Positions 14,001 through 28,207 of a stretch of DNA of 64,000 nucleotides are shown piece by piece (the stretch's first letter is position 1; each line of letters opens with the position of its first letter). Under the pieces are notes generated by a model that was not told where the DNA came from, made no database searches, and was given only the letters and a program-made list of their open reading frames with translations. The stretch lies in assembly GCA_051362555.1 (NCBI GenBank), contig CM120646.1, positions 13,082,001 to 13,146,000 on the forward strand, given 5' to 3'. Source of the stretch: Lingula anatina (lineage: Eukaryota > Animalia > Brachiopoda). Made by a program: the position numbers and the translations under genes.

Positions 14001-15122
14001 TCTACGTGGCTTATAACGGGATTCACGGTCCTCTCAGGGTAGGTGTTGTACAGTATTTCCCGGCTCTGCAAATGCCATATGCATGCAGTGGCGGATTTAG
14101 AGGGGGGGGGGGGGGTCAGGGGGTCTTGATACCCCCTTCGATTTCTAGTCCCCTCTTGAAATTAGAATTTTGACTAGCTGGGGCGGGGGGAGGGGGGTGG
14201 GGTCAGCTTCGCAGAGCGAATGAAGTATAAGTGTGATATTTTATTTTGGTATAAAGCTCGTTATACAGTGTATAATGTATTCAAAAATTCTAAGCTAAGA
14301 CACCTTCCTTTGCGTCTTTACAATTCGCAACCTTATTTTCCTTTTCAGTTTAATTAATATTGGAATGAACACGTTTGTACACGCAATGTTGCTATTGTTT
14401 ATAAATGTTTTAAGCTTTTTTTTTTCGCTACATTTTACCAATACTGAGCACACACATTGATAAGAGAATAAATGATATGCATGTAAATTCTCTAGTATAA
14501 CAAATCAATCGATAAGACTAGGTGAATAAAAATACAAGTAGTGTACACATGTATTTATTGAACATGGATATGGCATCATTTTTTACCTCCGCCAAGGAAT
14601 TTTGTATATACCTCCGCCAAGGATGCCTGAATTTACCTCCGTTTCTTTGCTTGCTTGCCACCAGCCAAAGTAAAAAATCAGATAAGTTTTGATGACATAT
14701 TCAGGATTGGTCGAAGATGGGCTAACATGGGCTAAGTGATTAGATTTTGGCGGTGATGCGTGATTCGGGTCACTATCACGATCGAATAATATTGAAAGGA
14801 TTCACCACCTCCGCCAGATTTGGCCAATGGCCCTGGGCCAGTTGTGCAATTAATGTGCTCTCAACTACAGTAATTTATCAGTGTCCTCTATGAGTGTTTC
14901 CTAGTCCAAATTCAATTACCTGTGGCCTTGTAACGCCTTATTCAAAACGAATAATGTTAAAGCAATCTTTGTTTTCATATTGGACATGTGCCTGTATTCT
15001 TATCCATGTACAATGACGCTGACTGTATTTACTAACATTTCGTTTTAGGCTCCTGAGGACGCCATCGCCAAATATCCTAAGATCTCTGACGGCAACCGAA
15101 GGACAGTTGGAGGTACTTCGTA

Positions 15123-15159
<37 letters not shown>

Positions 15160-17737
15160 ATTACTGAATAATGTAATGAAATTTCTGACAGGTCGATATT
15201 TTACAAAGCAATTATAACGATGGATATCGTTTGGGGATTTCACCTGTATCCTATATACTGTACGTGCTGGTATATATCCCTCATTGTTATATTTAGCTAT
15301 CCCACTGCCAGAACATTATTGCTAAACTTTTACTTTAATCTAAGATGTTTTAGCGGGCATAAATGCATTCGGTATACAAAATGAATCTGAAGAAACATAC
15401 ATGTATAAATTTCGTAGCAGTCATGTGGTTTTCAACGTGGTTTATCCTATAGACGCCATTATTAGATTTGCACGTACCATTTCTTCTCTGTAGCAATGAT
15501 GACAGTTATCGACGAAGGAGTGGCTAACATCACTAAGGCCCTTACTGACAGTGGTATTATGGATAATACCTTCTTTCTCTTCCTGTCCGACGTATGTGTG
15601 CTTATATTACTTGTATTTCAATCAACAAAACTCTATCATCTCACTGTGAATAAAAGCAGCATATATAAAATATAGTATTTCTTTGTAAAAACAATTATAT
15701 CAATCTCAGTAATCGCAATTCTTTGTTTCTCTTGAACTTGGTTATATTTGATGTCCCAATTCCAAAACAAAATGATTAACATTTTCCGGGTTAAAGAAAG
15801 CTGGAAAGAGTAGACGAACTTACGAATAGGATTTTAGTAATAATTACAGTGACAAAATATAAAACTATAAGTGTAATTTTTCCATCAGAACGGCGGTCAG
15901 TATGGCTCTGGTAACAATTATCCGCTACGTGGCGCCAAGAGCACATTCTTCGAGGGGGGTATGAGAACCCCTGCCTTTGTTTCCGGTGGACTTCTGAAGA
16001 AAAAAGGCTACACACACAATGGGTGGGCATATGCCTTACGGCACTTGTCTTGCATTTTATTCTATGTACCAAACACTTGTTAATAATTTTATGATTGCTT
16101 TATCTACAATTCCAAAGTTTGGTATTAAGTGAATCACAAATCCAAACAAAATGATTTTAGTGTTTTCTTCATTAGTTTATTGGAATATAATGAATGATGC
16201 AGTCAATACATGTAGAGTTCTGATATAAAATTTCCAGATTGTTCCACATAGCTGACTGGACCCCGACTATTCTTTCCCTTGCCGGTGGGGACGTTACTGG
16301 TAAGACGAGTAATATGTTATGAGAGGACGTTTTGCTGAGATTGGTGATTCCTCGGGTTTAAGATATGTGTTTTCAAATCAATTGTTACCAAATATGAAAT
16401 GTAAGTACACTGTTTGCGTGTATTACTTGCCGCATCGCGATACATGTATGTAAGCAATGTCGGCTCCCTGGGGCAAAGTTGGCTGTAACCGCTAGTGATA
16501 AAGCGTTTTAAAATGTGTATGCGTTGTTGTTTATAGGTGAAAACCTAGATGGTATCGATATGACGAAGACCGTTTTGGAAGGTGCCAACTCCAGCAGAGA
16601 CGAAATTATTCACTTCCTAAGCCAGAGAAATCTTCCAGATTCTCCTCCAGTCAGACAGCAAGGTGTTATTAGGTGAGAAGGAATACACAAACACGTTATA
16701 CGTTATACATCGTTATACAACTATCACTATCGTGATGTTAATAAATTTTGTTGTTGTTGGGGAAAATACAATGATAACAGATGCAAAAGTTTATATAAAT
16801 GACATGATCTTACAATTACTTTTAAAAATACGAGTAATCAAGTCGGATACGTTCCTCTTGTCAAAATTCCAAATATCTTTTAGACAAGGCGACTGGAAAC
16901 TCATCGAGGGCCATGTGGGTCATGACCTTGACGACTGGTACCAAGATCCATTTGACCTTGAAGGTCAGGCCGGCGCCACTAGGTGGCGGCGTGGCTTAGG
17001 TGGCAAAAACAAGGACAAGCTCAACAAAACACCCAAGGTTCCTAAGGTTAGGACAACGAGAGCCCCAAAACCTGCCAAGGTAACCAAGGTGCCTGGTACA
17101 ACTGTAGACAAGGTGCGACCTAGCGGAAGCAGGGAATACGTCACATACCTGTTTAACATCAAAGGTGAGACGATAAATTACGAATTCGTCCCATGTCCTA
17201 CATGTACTTGTTCAGATTTAGACGAATTAATTAATTAAGGGATGGGCTGTGGTGTGTCAGGTAAGGCAGGGTTCGTAAGGAGGGGGCGCTATTGTAGCAG
17301 CACTTACATATTTTAGTTATTATTATCACTGGCTCTGTTTGAAGTAGGCCTACATTGTACGAATAGTATATGTGAAAGAAAGCCCAGGCTAAGGAGCTTG
17401 GGGGCATGAAATACGCATGCAAGTACTTTACATTGAAGTTCAAGGATAGTCCACATAGTAGAAAATAGGAAATACCAATAACCAACAAAATTCGAATTAA
17501 CACGGTATTGCACATGTGTTACTTTCAGACGATCCCTACGAGCGCACTGATCTTTCTGCGCAATACCCAGAGTTAGTCCAGCGGCTACAGAACAGGCTCC
17601 GTGAACTACACAAGACTTATCCTAATCTGAAAAAATACCAGGAGAGTGAGCTGTCTAACCCAGACAACTGGGGTGGTGCCTGGAGTCCCGGATGGTGTAC
17701 TGCGGAGAACAGTGTAACCGAGCCAGTGATTGGCTAA
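11018..17737 (+). CDS. Arylsulfatase B/I/J-like formylglycine-dependent sulfatase 1 (~549 aa, 14 exons)
   Basis: Exons 11018-11120, 11476-11587, 11747-11798, 12707-12813, 13113-13216, 13399-13484, 13937-14038, 15049-15112, 15494-15591, 15889-16022, 16238-16299, 16537-16672, 16884-17164, 17529-17737, with consistent phases. Motifs: signal peptide, [27 protein letters not shown] (CxPxR), [54 protein letters not shown]. Confidence 0.95.
12421..12620. mobile_element. MITE family A (copy 2), in sulfatase 1 intron 3
   Basis: GGATCGATCTATCGCC..GGGATTCTCGCTAAATT...AAGCCGCTTAAGCTG is shared with the other copies. Confidence 0.7.
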
Positions 17738-18477
17738 ATGAGACTGGTCATTCGATTTTTGACGCGTGCGCGAGAGGGTCGAAAATAAACTGTGTTACTT
17801 TAAAGAAAAATTGGCTTTTTACTGTCACTTTTGTCAGGAATGCATCAATGGTATTATGTAATGATTAAAAATAGAATTGAATTTAAAAGAATTCTTCTTA
17901 CCTCGGTTGTATTCTTCATATTAAAGTTCTGTTTACTTTGAAGATAGCGATGTACCGGTACGTGCGCAGTATTGCCATAAGTTAGTGGTTACATGTAATA
18001 TTGACAAAACCAAGTAGCCTACAGGTACAATAGAAACGTAAAGGAGAGTATGTACATGCATGTTATTACAGCGTGCTCACAACTGTGGTTTTGGTCGTGA
18101 TTAGCATGCATATTTTATAAGCAGACAATATTTTCAATCAGAAACAATGGGTACAATTTTACCACGTGTAGCGACCTAACTGTTTTAAAATAACAATATT
18201 CTTAAGGTCAGACCTGCAGCACTGCGGAAATGATTCCATGCTGTGTACATGTACAATATATGCAATATTAAAAAATATATATACCGAAAACGATGACACG
18301 GACAGGCACATATTTAATTAACAAACAATAAAACTAAACTCGATGTTTTCTTTACGCCTCGAACCTGCCATCTCCATATACTGCAATAAAAAGTGATGGA
18401 AGAAGTGTAAAATTAGCGAACACATAAAACCGTTTCGTGTGGGAGAGTCCCAGGCCGGGTGAGGATGTACCCTCTAC

Positions 18478-18529
18478 CAGAATAATGACTGCGGCCCTGG
18501 TAGAGGATGGGGCCGCAGTCATTATTCTG
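18478..18529. repeat. Short hairpin / inverted repeat
   Basis: CAGAATAATGACTGCGGCCC - loop - GGGCCGCAGTCATTATTCTG, a perfect 20-bp stem. Confidence 0.8.
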
Positions 18530-18979
18530 TGGAGATTTTTGCTGAGGCGTTAGAGAGCTCAGAGATTAGCGAGCTACATGTATTTAACCAAAGACATACA
18601 TGTATCTGTGACTATCCAGTGAAAAATCAATCTTTGGCATTTGGTAGAGGGTAGTGAGGATGAAGAAAGGCCACAATACCTCCTGATCACATGGGGCCTC
18701 TAGAAAATTTAAAAAAAAAAATGAAAGAAGAAGCCATTAATTTGTAAGAGGCTACTAGAGGTCCCTGTGGTCAGAGAGTACGGGTAGATGTATAATATAT
18801 ACATGTATAAGCTCCTGGTATATGCTGCTGTGATCGCGGCCACATGTTTCTGAATCTATAATCTGTCCCCTCCAACCCACTGCCCACGCGATCCTTACCA
18901 TGCCTTAAATACAGACAGAACTAGGGGGACGTTTTTGATCGATATCCAGGCGTTCAATACGGCTTGGTCCAGCTGTACA

Positions 18980-21900
18980 ATGGCGGGTAGATTAGTGACC
19001 TTGTTCACCATCGTGGTGATATGTATGTGTAATGACAGCGTTCTGACACAGCCTTCGAAGCCAAATATTGTGATGATTTTGCTGGATGATGTGGGTAAGC
19101 TGCTAGTTGACTCAAATACAAACGTTAGGTCTAACAATGATCTTATGATGCAATGATCTTAGTCTAACAATTTATTGGAAATCAAGTCACACGTGGTCTC
19201 GTCCAATTTTTTAATTATCTTTGTCGATTTATTTTTCATTAAAATTTTTATTTAAAAATGATATACAAGGAAGCATTTAGATCTTTCAATGATTGCTAGG
19301 AATATAATTAGAAATATTTTATATATAATTTTATGTAACATAAAAATATCTCCATTGTAACGACTTTTCTGCTTCTATACTATTTTACCGTGTTACTGGA
19401 TGATTATGAGCTACCGGAATATATTTTATTTCGTATTTATTTATATATCATTTATAGATTTTTATCAATCATATAAGTTCCAAAATACATGCACTCCTAT
19501 AATTTATATACATTTCTTCCAGGTTGGAATGACGTCGGCTGGAATAACAAACATATCAAAACTCCCACACTGACTAAGTTGGCACACGACGGATTGATTC
19601 TCAACCAATCATACACTCAGCCTGTCTGTAGCCCGTAGGTCTCCGGAACTTACCAAAGAGCCTGATTTTTTAGACTCGTAATGTTTTACGTACATGTATA
19701 TACTTGATATGCCTTAATACACTGTTCAAATTGATCATTTAACTCAATAACCATAATAAGAGGACCTTAATCATTATCGAAATGTATTTAAAGCAACAGG
19801 CAAAATATTGCCCTCCCCCCCTCCCCTAATGCACTTTACCTGCACTTATAGGTCCCGTGCCTCCCTTATGACTGGTCGTTACCCACACAATGTCTACATG
19901 GACGTAAGTATGACCTGGGATGTTGTAAGTTGACCGTGACCCTTACCAACTAGGCAAGTAGTTCGTTCTGTGTAGCTGTCAGCAAAGAGTGAAAACTTCT
20001 GTCACGGAAATATTGGAATGAAATGAATGAATAAATAAACAAATAAATGAACGCAAACATTTACAACAAGAAAATCATAAGGGAAGAATCCTATTGTTTG
20101 ATATCATATATGAGTAATGTATGTATAGACCATAATTTGGAACTGTGCGATAGGTTAAACCTGAGACTATCTTTCTTGTTGAATTTTGTATTTTCTGCCC
20201 GCTTCCATATACCCGTAGCTTACAAATAAAATTCAAAACTATAATATTCATAAATTCATAAAATTAAAGCAAACTTAAACACTTACATACATGTAATTGT
20301 GGAGTCTATAAAGTCATAGCAGGAGAGCCATGTCCCTTTCCTTTCAGAATCAAGTAGCAGTGTGATGTGCAGTAGGTGTGGTCTAATGTATCACATGAGT
20401 GAACACATTTACTTGACTGATAAAGTGAACAGTTATCAGTTTCACGTAGTAATTCCAGAACAGTAGCTAAGCTGCATGACCACTGTCTCTACGTTTATTG
20501 TGAGCTTGGAAAATCACTTTTTTTAGTTAATTGGTTCTGTCGTTGTGTTGTCTGACACGTAGGCCTACATGTACCTCCAGTGCTTGCTTTGTTCCTCAAT
20601 TATAAGTTCCACAGCTACAACAGTATAATAATACCAGATTGGATCGGTTTGCAAAGGTAATAATATGTGAACTCACATTCAGGACTCCACCCCACTTGGC
20701 CGCGACGCTGCTGAGGGCTTGGATCTTGGACTTGAGCTGTTGCCACAAAAACTAAAGAAGGCCGGATACTCAACCCATGCAACCGGAAAGTACGTATAGA
20801 TTTGGTTTCTATTGGCTTGGGATATTCAGTGCCATAATCATGCATTGCTATTATTTCTGCACCGAGTGGTAAATGTAACATAAATAGTAGGTGGTTTATA
20901 CAGGTGATTTTTGTATGAAAGCATATCAAATACCTTCATATCAATGTGTCAGTAAATGGAAGAGGTATAAATAAAGACAGTATACCGTTTCCCAGCTGTC
21001 AAATTCCAAGCCCGCTAATACACACTCGTTACTTTTAGGTGGCACTTGGGCTTTTGTGACTGGAAGTACACTCCCACTGAACGTGGGTTTGATTCCTTTT
21101 ACGGTCATTATTTGGCATCCAATGATTATTATACACATAAATGTAAGTCATCACTGTATCATGCATATGTTGATTGTAATATTTGATTCGCATGTTATTC
21201 CTATGGAATATGTTCTTTTTTATGATTGTGTTAGTATATGCAAGGAGTTATAACTCCTTGGTATATGCAATTCAGGGGTACACTGCATATATCAAAGGGA
21301 TAATTTTTATTACCGTCTCAACAAGTACGTTGTGGAATGCACTTCATATTACATTGTTTAAAGGAAAAGACGACAACAAAGGTACTGATATTATATGGAC
21401 CCTAGTAATGTCTACCTGTAAGTGGGAATCATCTACCTCTAGATCTGTTTATGTATTTTTGCCACATTTAGCCGGCAGAGGACTTGATCTTTGGTTCAAC
21501 AGACAGAGTGTCAAAGACAAAGATGGCGTTTACGACACGGTGAGTTAACAAGATCATGGGATATAAACCTATCCATCTTTTCAACATACTCATTTCCATG
21601 AAATGCACTATTTCCAACTCTGACAGCGATATTATGCTAAACAAATAGAGTTTGCTTATGAAAATAATGGAATCGGTACTACAGTGTAAATCAAATACGA
21701 GATTGTCAAAACTGCCCATTTAATACTTAATACTGAATAAACCCTCCACAGTTTGATATAATGTATCATGTCGTCAAAGCCGAACACGTTCCATAACAGG
21801 GAGTTAGGGACCATTCAGATAAACCTACCATACAAGCAGGATCGATCTATCTCCAAGGGGATTATCGCTAAATTGCATTTACTGGTACTGTAGTTGAAGC

Positions 21901-23215
21901 GTGCACGAAAGTTAGTTACCCCCTAGCAGCTTCAGTTGGCGCGACATGCAATTAAGCCGCTTAAACTGAATGCAATTCATCGAGAATCCCCTCGGAGTTA
22001 GATCGATCCTGCTAGTACGATAGGTTTATGGGAACCCAGTTTTATCGATTTTCTTTTTCAGAACTTGTGGTCTGACCGTGCAGTGGACGTAATTGAAAAC
22101 CACGACGTAACTAACCCCTTGTTTCTGTATGTGGCCTATAACGCGGCTCACTCGCCTTATCAGGTATCCGACTTTTCCTTTCCCACTTCCCATCCCAATA
22201 TTCTCTCTCTCTCGTTCTCCACATATTTCGCCTTTGAATCGTCCTCTTTCTTCCCTTCCTTCTGTCTCTCCTTTCTTTGCACTTTTTCCCCTGTCGGTTT
22301 TCCTCATTTTCTCACACGCGTGAGCACGCGCGACATTTTAGATATGCTTATGACAAAAAAGTAGTTGTGTAGAATATAGTGATCAAAACAAATGCAACCA
22401 ATAATTTGAATCTCTACACATAAAAAGAAAGTGCTACTCATATCATAAAGAAATATTATTTGTTCATTAATTTCACATTGCGTACTTGCTGAACCGCTTG
22501 CAGAGTGCGTTTCTTTTAAATTTGTCATCATTATTATTTTTGTACAAAGTACTTTTGCAAACATGACGATCATAGTTACATGTACTTAGTAGTAAAACAA
22601 GATAGTAAATTCAGAGAAGCCAGTGTAATGTAACAGAGAGTCCCGTACGGTAGAGAGTCTGCTTCCCATTCATTTGTATAGAAAAGCCTCGCTCTAGATG
22701 TTGACCCACTTACGTCAAGCTAACCCTAACCATTATAACTATAGGCAGGCGGACTATCTGTTACACTGACCCTTAGTTTCGTTACATCGGGTTCATTGCA
22801 GGCTCCCCAGGATGTCATCAACAGCTATCCGCCAATTGCAGACAAAGACAGGCGCACCCTAGCAGGTATGTGGTTTCTCTTTTAATGTAAATAATATGAG
22901 ATTCGAAACAAGGAGTCGGAGCGGTCCCTATTGATGTCGTCGCTGTCTCGAACGTATTCTAGAGTGTGTTTTTTAACAGGAACCAGGGCCCCGTATCTCG
23001 AAAGCTTCGCTATGTTGCGACCGTGCGCAAGCGTCTCGATTCCATAACTCACCCATTCTCGCCCCATATAATACATTGTAGCCTCTATTTGATATAGCGA
23101 TTCGCAATACGCGATGCTTTCGAGATACGGGGCCCAGGTCTTCCGACGTTTTGGATATTTCATGGCGAGGAATATAAACTATTAAAAAATGAACCAGAAT
23201 GTTTGGATATTTGGA

Positions 23216-23310
<95 letters not shown>

Positions 23311-23848
23311 GACCCAACGACCGTAGATGAACTCAACCAGGTCTTTGTTTTACTCATCCAGGTTATTCGATGGCAGTTCCAAATGATACGCAACATTTAA
23401 ATAAGTAGTCTGTTAACCCCACCATCCCATGCCGTTTTCCCAGAAGCTACATAAAGCAATATAAGACTGCAACTTAACAAGTTTATATACTCAATACAGC
23501 AAAACATCCCTAATTTCATCGCGCATTTTTTTTTAATTTTTCGCATAAACTTGCGGATCTGTTTGTTCTCTGTCCATCCTTTTGATATTCATGATGTGCC
23601 AGTGCTATAGTACGTGTTTTGCTTTTCAGCTATGATGTCAGTGGTTGACGAAGGTGTTGCCAATATCACGAAGACCTTGGAAAAGAAGAACATGATGAAT
23701 AATACCTTGCTTGTCCTGCTTTCAGATGTAAGTACAACCTGCATGACTAACGTAAATACATGTACCTGTATATATGAAAAAAAAAGAGATGATCCTTCAA
23801 TAATCAATCATCGTTTGATAATTTATTATGAAATATTATAAAAATGCT

Positions 23849-23879
<31 letters not shown>

Positions 23880-24846
23880 TTTTAGAATCATCTTTTTTTT
23901 GATATGTTGAGACCATGTGAATGCGCACATGTATGAAAAAGCCTCCACTCGACAAAATTACAAGCAAATAAACGTGCGCATGCGTGTTAAGTGTCTAACG
24001 TGTCCGATGCATACATGTGTAATTTAGTTACCATTATTCAGTCATCATATTCCTTACCATTGTTTTGATCTCTCTCACGTCTACAGAACGGAGGAGTTCC
24101 CAGCGCGGGCAACAACTGGCCACTGAGAGGCAGGAAGGGCGGGTTTTACGAGGGCGGGATACGTACCCCAGGGTTTGTGTACGGCGGTTTGCTGAGGAGG
24201 AAAGGTGTCGTCGCCCAGGGGTTTGTAGGGGTTGTCTGTTCTCACAGTGACATGGATGTAGGATATTTGACAAAATACGATTTAGATGAATACGTATATG
24301 TTTAATTTATTCATTGGCATTTTATCTATTTGCATTACTGGTTAGAAGCTTATGTCAAGGATAAAACTAAAATATCTTTCTTCTAAAATCTCTTTCTTCT
24401 GTTCAGTCGCTAATAGATGTGCCAGGCAATAATGGTCTGTTGCAGTATGTTAAGTTTAAGATATTCATTTGCTCGATCAACTTGTACTTTACGTACCTGC
24501 ATTAAATTACCATTAATAATTTTCTTGATAGTCTAATGCACTTGTCTGACTGGGCACCTACGCTTCTGACTATTGCTGGGGTTGATATAAGTGGTGGGTA
24601 TACAGACAGTCTGTCCGACCGGATCTAATAGTACTGAGGGCATGATATATAGTTAAACTGTATACCGCTATATAACTATTATACTTGTAAAACGTATGGC
24701 AACCTATGAAATTGTTTAAATATCTGACATTTCTTATGGAAATATCAATGTTACTATCAGTACAGTGACGCCCCCTTTCAGGAGGCGCCCAATAGAGGGC
24801 GCTCTAGCCACTGTACTTGTACCACTGGCCTGTTCACTTCCAATAT

Positions 24847-24896
<50 letters not shown>

Positions 24897-27800
24897 ACTA
24901 AGTCTACCTGTATTACCAGGAGCTGATAAAATAACCACGTCGGTTGATTTTCGTTTTCAATAGTTGACAGGTGTCCACCTTGGTTGTTTCTTGAATTCGG
25001 CTCTGCAGATTCCCAACTTGGTTTTAATAAATGCAAATAATATGCCAGTTAAAACTTATAATAAAACAAGTTCTGTGGGTATTGAACGGCAGGGTGAGTC
25101 CAAGGGCACTGATATGATTTCCTCTTTTCAAAGTATCATCACTGATTGATAGGTACCCATACCTAGATCAACCTAGCGGGATCGACCCATCTCCGAGATA
25201 AAAACAATTTAGCGAGGAACTGGGTCGACCCTTTAGATCGATCTAAGTATGGGAATGGGGTCATGGATTAACTTAATATCCAGCAGGTAAACACCTGGAC
25301 TGGCTTATACATTTCAGATGAGACATTCGACGGCAGCGATCAAACCAGGGTTGTCTTGGATGGTGGTGCATCAACTCGCACAGACATCATACATTATCTG
25401 GCCTCCAGCTCCCCTGGCGGTGTTATTAGGTACTAGTAAATTTGTTTTGCTTTAATGTACAATGCTCAAGATGCCATAAAATAGTTTTCTTTCAAACAAA
25501 GAGATCAAAATATAATATTTTGTTCGTCAGAAATCATTTACAAAGTACATTTATCGATTCTAATCTCTGTACGGCCCGATTTTATTTTTCTATAGCTCTG
25601 CAGTATACTTGATAAGAATTATACCATGATGCGGATTCGTAATCGATTTGTTTTAGATCTGGTGATTGGAAATTAATTATTGGCAAAAGTCGTCAAGTCG
25701 GTTGGGATGAGGACCCCTTTGATAACCCCACGCCCACTAAAGGGTCATCCAAGGACAGACGTCAAGCAGGTGAGTACCCGGATGTAGAAAGGTCAATTAA
25801 ATCAATATATACCTGTATTTGGGCAAGCTGCACTACAACCTGTAATACGAATGTCACCGTAAATAAAAGTCCCATCTAAGCTCCGATGTAAATGCTTATT
25901 CACCTAGATTAAGGCGGCAAGAAAACAGATGCAACGGTTCAAGACGTACACTTTTTCTTTGTTCTTATTTCCCTTCATTTAAGACCATTGGATACGGCTA
26001 CATAGATGAATGAAATTAAAAATACATAAGAATAGGAAATAAAACGCAGTATATATTGTTTATACCGTAAAAAATTGTTTGTAAATGTTTATAATCGTCA
26101 AAAATATTTACCCCAGGTTAAAGTGACAGAATCTAGGAATAAGTACGCTACGTTGCTTTTTCGATATTGGTATGAGAAATGAGCCGTAACAGTAAAGTCA
26201 TTTAGAAACATCTTGTTCAAGTCCCGTCTATTAAGACAAATCTAGAACCCAGCACAGATATATACCATGATAACATTAACCCCAATGGTTTGATCATCTT
26301 TATGTGAGGAAACGAGAAAATGTTGATAAAAGACGGTCACTGATATTTATGTTCATGCATTAAACAATTTGTTTTTATCTCGTTTAATTTCAAGGTTGTA
26401 AGACGTTCGCCTTTAACGTCATTATGTAAGGTAACTCAACTATGCGGGGCGTGTGAACACTTCCTGCCCGATAGACCATGCAATATTCAGCTTTTGTGTC
26501 TGAAATAGAGAGCGGGATAATATTACACACAAAGTACACTGTTGCTCGAATGGTGTCACAGCTAATATAATAAATTCTATTTAATACGGAGCTGCATCAT
26601 TGCTGATGCGAAATGTTCAATCTCTGGACATGAAATAGAAATAATGGGTTTTCAGTGTCTTCAATATGAGTCTTGTAAATGGGCTTTTTTTAAATACAAA
26701 TTTTATTAAATCAAAATTACTAATAAATCTCCAGATTACAATCAATTACAAAGGTTCAGATTTGTGGTAGTTAATATATTTACACCTTTTATTTGCACGC
26801 ACCCTACAAGGCCAAGGCAGACCTGCGACGGGAGGAGATAGAATTCAACTGTATAACATTAAAGGTGAGGAGCGGCATGCATTTTAACCCCCTTTACACT
26901 GTACGGCGTCCTCTCTGCGCCCCCCCCCCCCCCTCCTCCCCAGTACGGCCCCGTTTATCAGTAAAAAAAGGCCTGGGAGTTGTACTCATATTATTATTAT
27001 TATACCTCACATAAAAAAGTGCCATTTTCCATCCTGATATAATCTTATAATTATGTATTATATTCTCTTATAAAATCTTTCTCTTAAAATGAATAAGTGA
27101 ACAATACTTAATTTGATAAATTGCATTGATATTCTGTATGTACTCAAATGCACTACAAGTATTTATGAAAGCAGATGTGTTAATTAAGAGCGAGTATATG
27201 AAGGGATTGGATGGTTTTAATGAACTTGACTAGTAATGGATTTCAATCTTATTTGTTCTCATTGATTGACTCTGGTTTCAATAATACATTTTGCAACAGT
27301 AATTTTAAACACCCAAGTTCACTTTGCTGAAACAGCTACCGGGTTTTCGAGGCACGCTGAAAAGTTTGTTTGACAAAGATTGAGCCAGTGAGTTAGTTAA
27401 CACCTATGTGCATTCCGATCTTAGGTGAGCAAAGCAAGATGTTATTTGAACACTACAATCAGTTTCCAAATACAGCTAAATGCTAAATCTGTTAAAACTT
27501 GGAAAAAAAAAGATCTATATTTGAGATAGTGCAGAGAGAAATACGTGAAGCATACATGAGAGAAATCGGAAGACTAAGCAATTATCAATTTTAGGAATAG
27601 AATCACATAAATAATGCCAAATTTAACATTTAAAAATATAAGATATTATAAGCTGCGAAATTGAACGTGGATATTTGGGAGAAAAAAGGTTTGCATTTGG
27701 TGTTTTTGGCCAAGTTCTAACACTACACGCGATAAAAAATAGAGTGTTATCGATTTCTTATCTGAGTCAATACACCTCCACGCATCCCTAACATGCATGT

Positions 27801-28207
27801 TCATCTCGATGAAAAAAAAAATACCCTCATTATTCGCCATTTTGAAGCCGTTGTCAATACAGGAGACACTTACACAAAGAAAAATATGATGAAATATAGA
27901 AAACATATCAGGGAACATCGTAAGATATCAAAAGAATATAAATCTCAATTTTTATTTGTAAATCTTCTATTTTTCAGAGGACCCGACAGAAAAGTCAAAT
28001 TTGGCTAGTCAGTATCCCAGCATTGTGAGGCGACTCCGTTCAAAGCTTATAACGGCACACAAGACTAAGACAGCCGTTCCGGAAGTTGTGACAACAACCG
28101 CCGGTCATCCCCCCATCTTCAAGGGCGTTTGGAGTCCCGGATGGTGCGTCGGAGGCTCCAATGGAGAAGCGGCAACCCTTGTCAACACTGACCCCGTTGT
28201 TGGATAA
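18980..28207 (+). CDS. Arylsulfatase B/I/J-like formylglycine-dependent sulfatase 2 (~508 aa, 15 exons), tandem paralog of gene 1
   Basis: Exons 18980-19094, 19523-19634, 19852-19903, 20683-20789, 21039-21142, 21472-21539, 22062-22163, 22802-22865, 23630-23727, 24087-24220, 24532-24593, 25318-25429, 25657-25769, 26811-26864 ([18 protein letters not shown]), 27978-28207. Intron positions match gene 1 plus one extra. Motifs [51 protein letters not shown] and WSPGWC are intact. Confidence 0.93.
21806..22041. mobile_element. MITE family A (copy 3), in sulfatase 2 intron 6
   Basis: Inverted arms AGCAGGATCGATCTA...TAGATCGATCCTGCT; right end TTTATGGGAACCCAGT. Confidence 0.75.
22983..23138. mobile_element. 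Short MITE
   Basis: Terminal inverted repeats GGCCCCGTATCTCGAAAGC ... GCTTTCGAGATACGGGGCC. Confidence 0.75.
23221..23306. repeat. (TC)n microsatellite
   Basis: Seen directly. Confidence 0.98.
25156..25263. mobile_element. MITE family A, internally deleted copy 4
   Basis: CCCATACCTAGATCAACCTAG...TAGATCGATCTAAGTATGGGAATGGGGTC matches the ends of copy 1. Confidence 0.7.

Noticed and set aside
26117-26169. Candidate penultimate sulfatase 2 exon ([15 protein letters not shown])
   Set aside because: It is 53 nt with incompatible phases; 26811-26864 fits phase 1-1 and encodes LYNIK.
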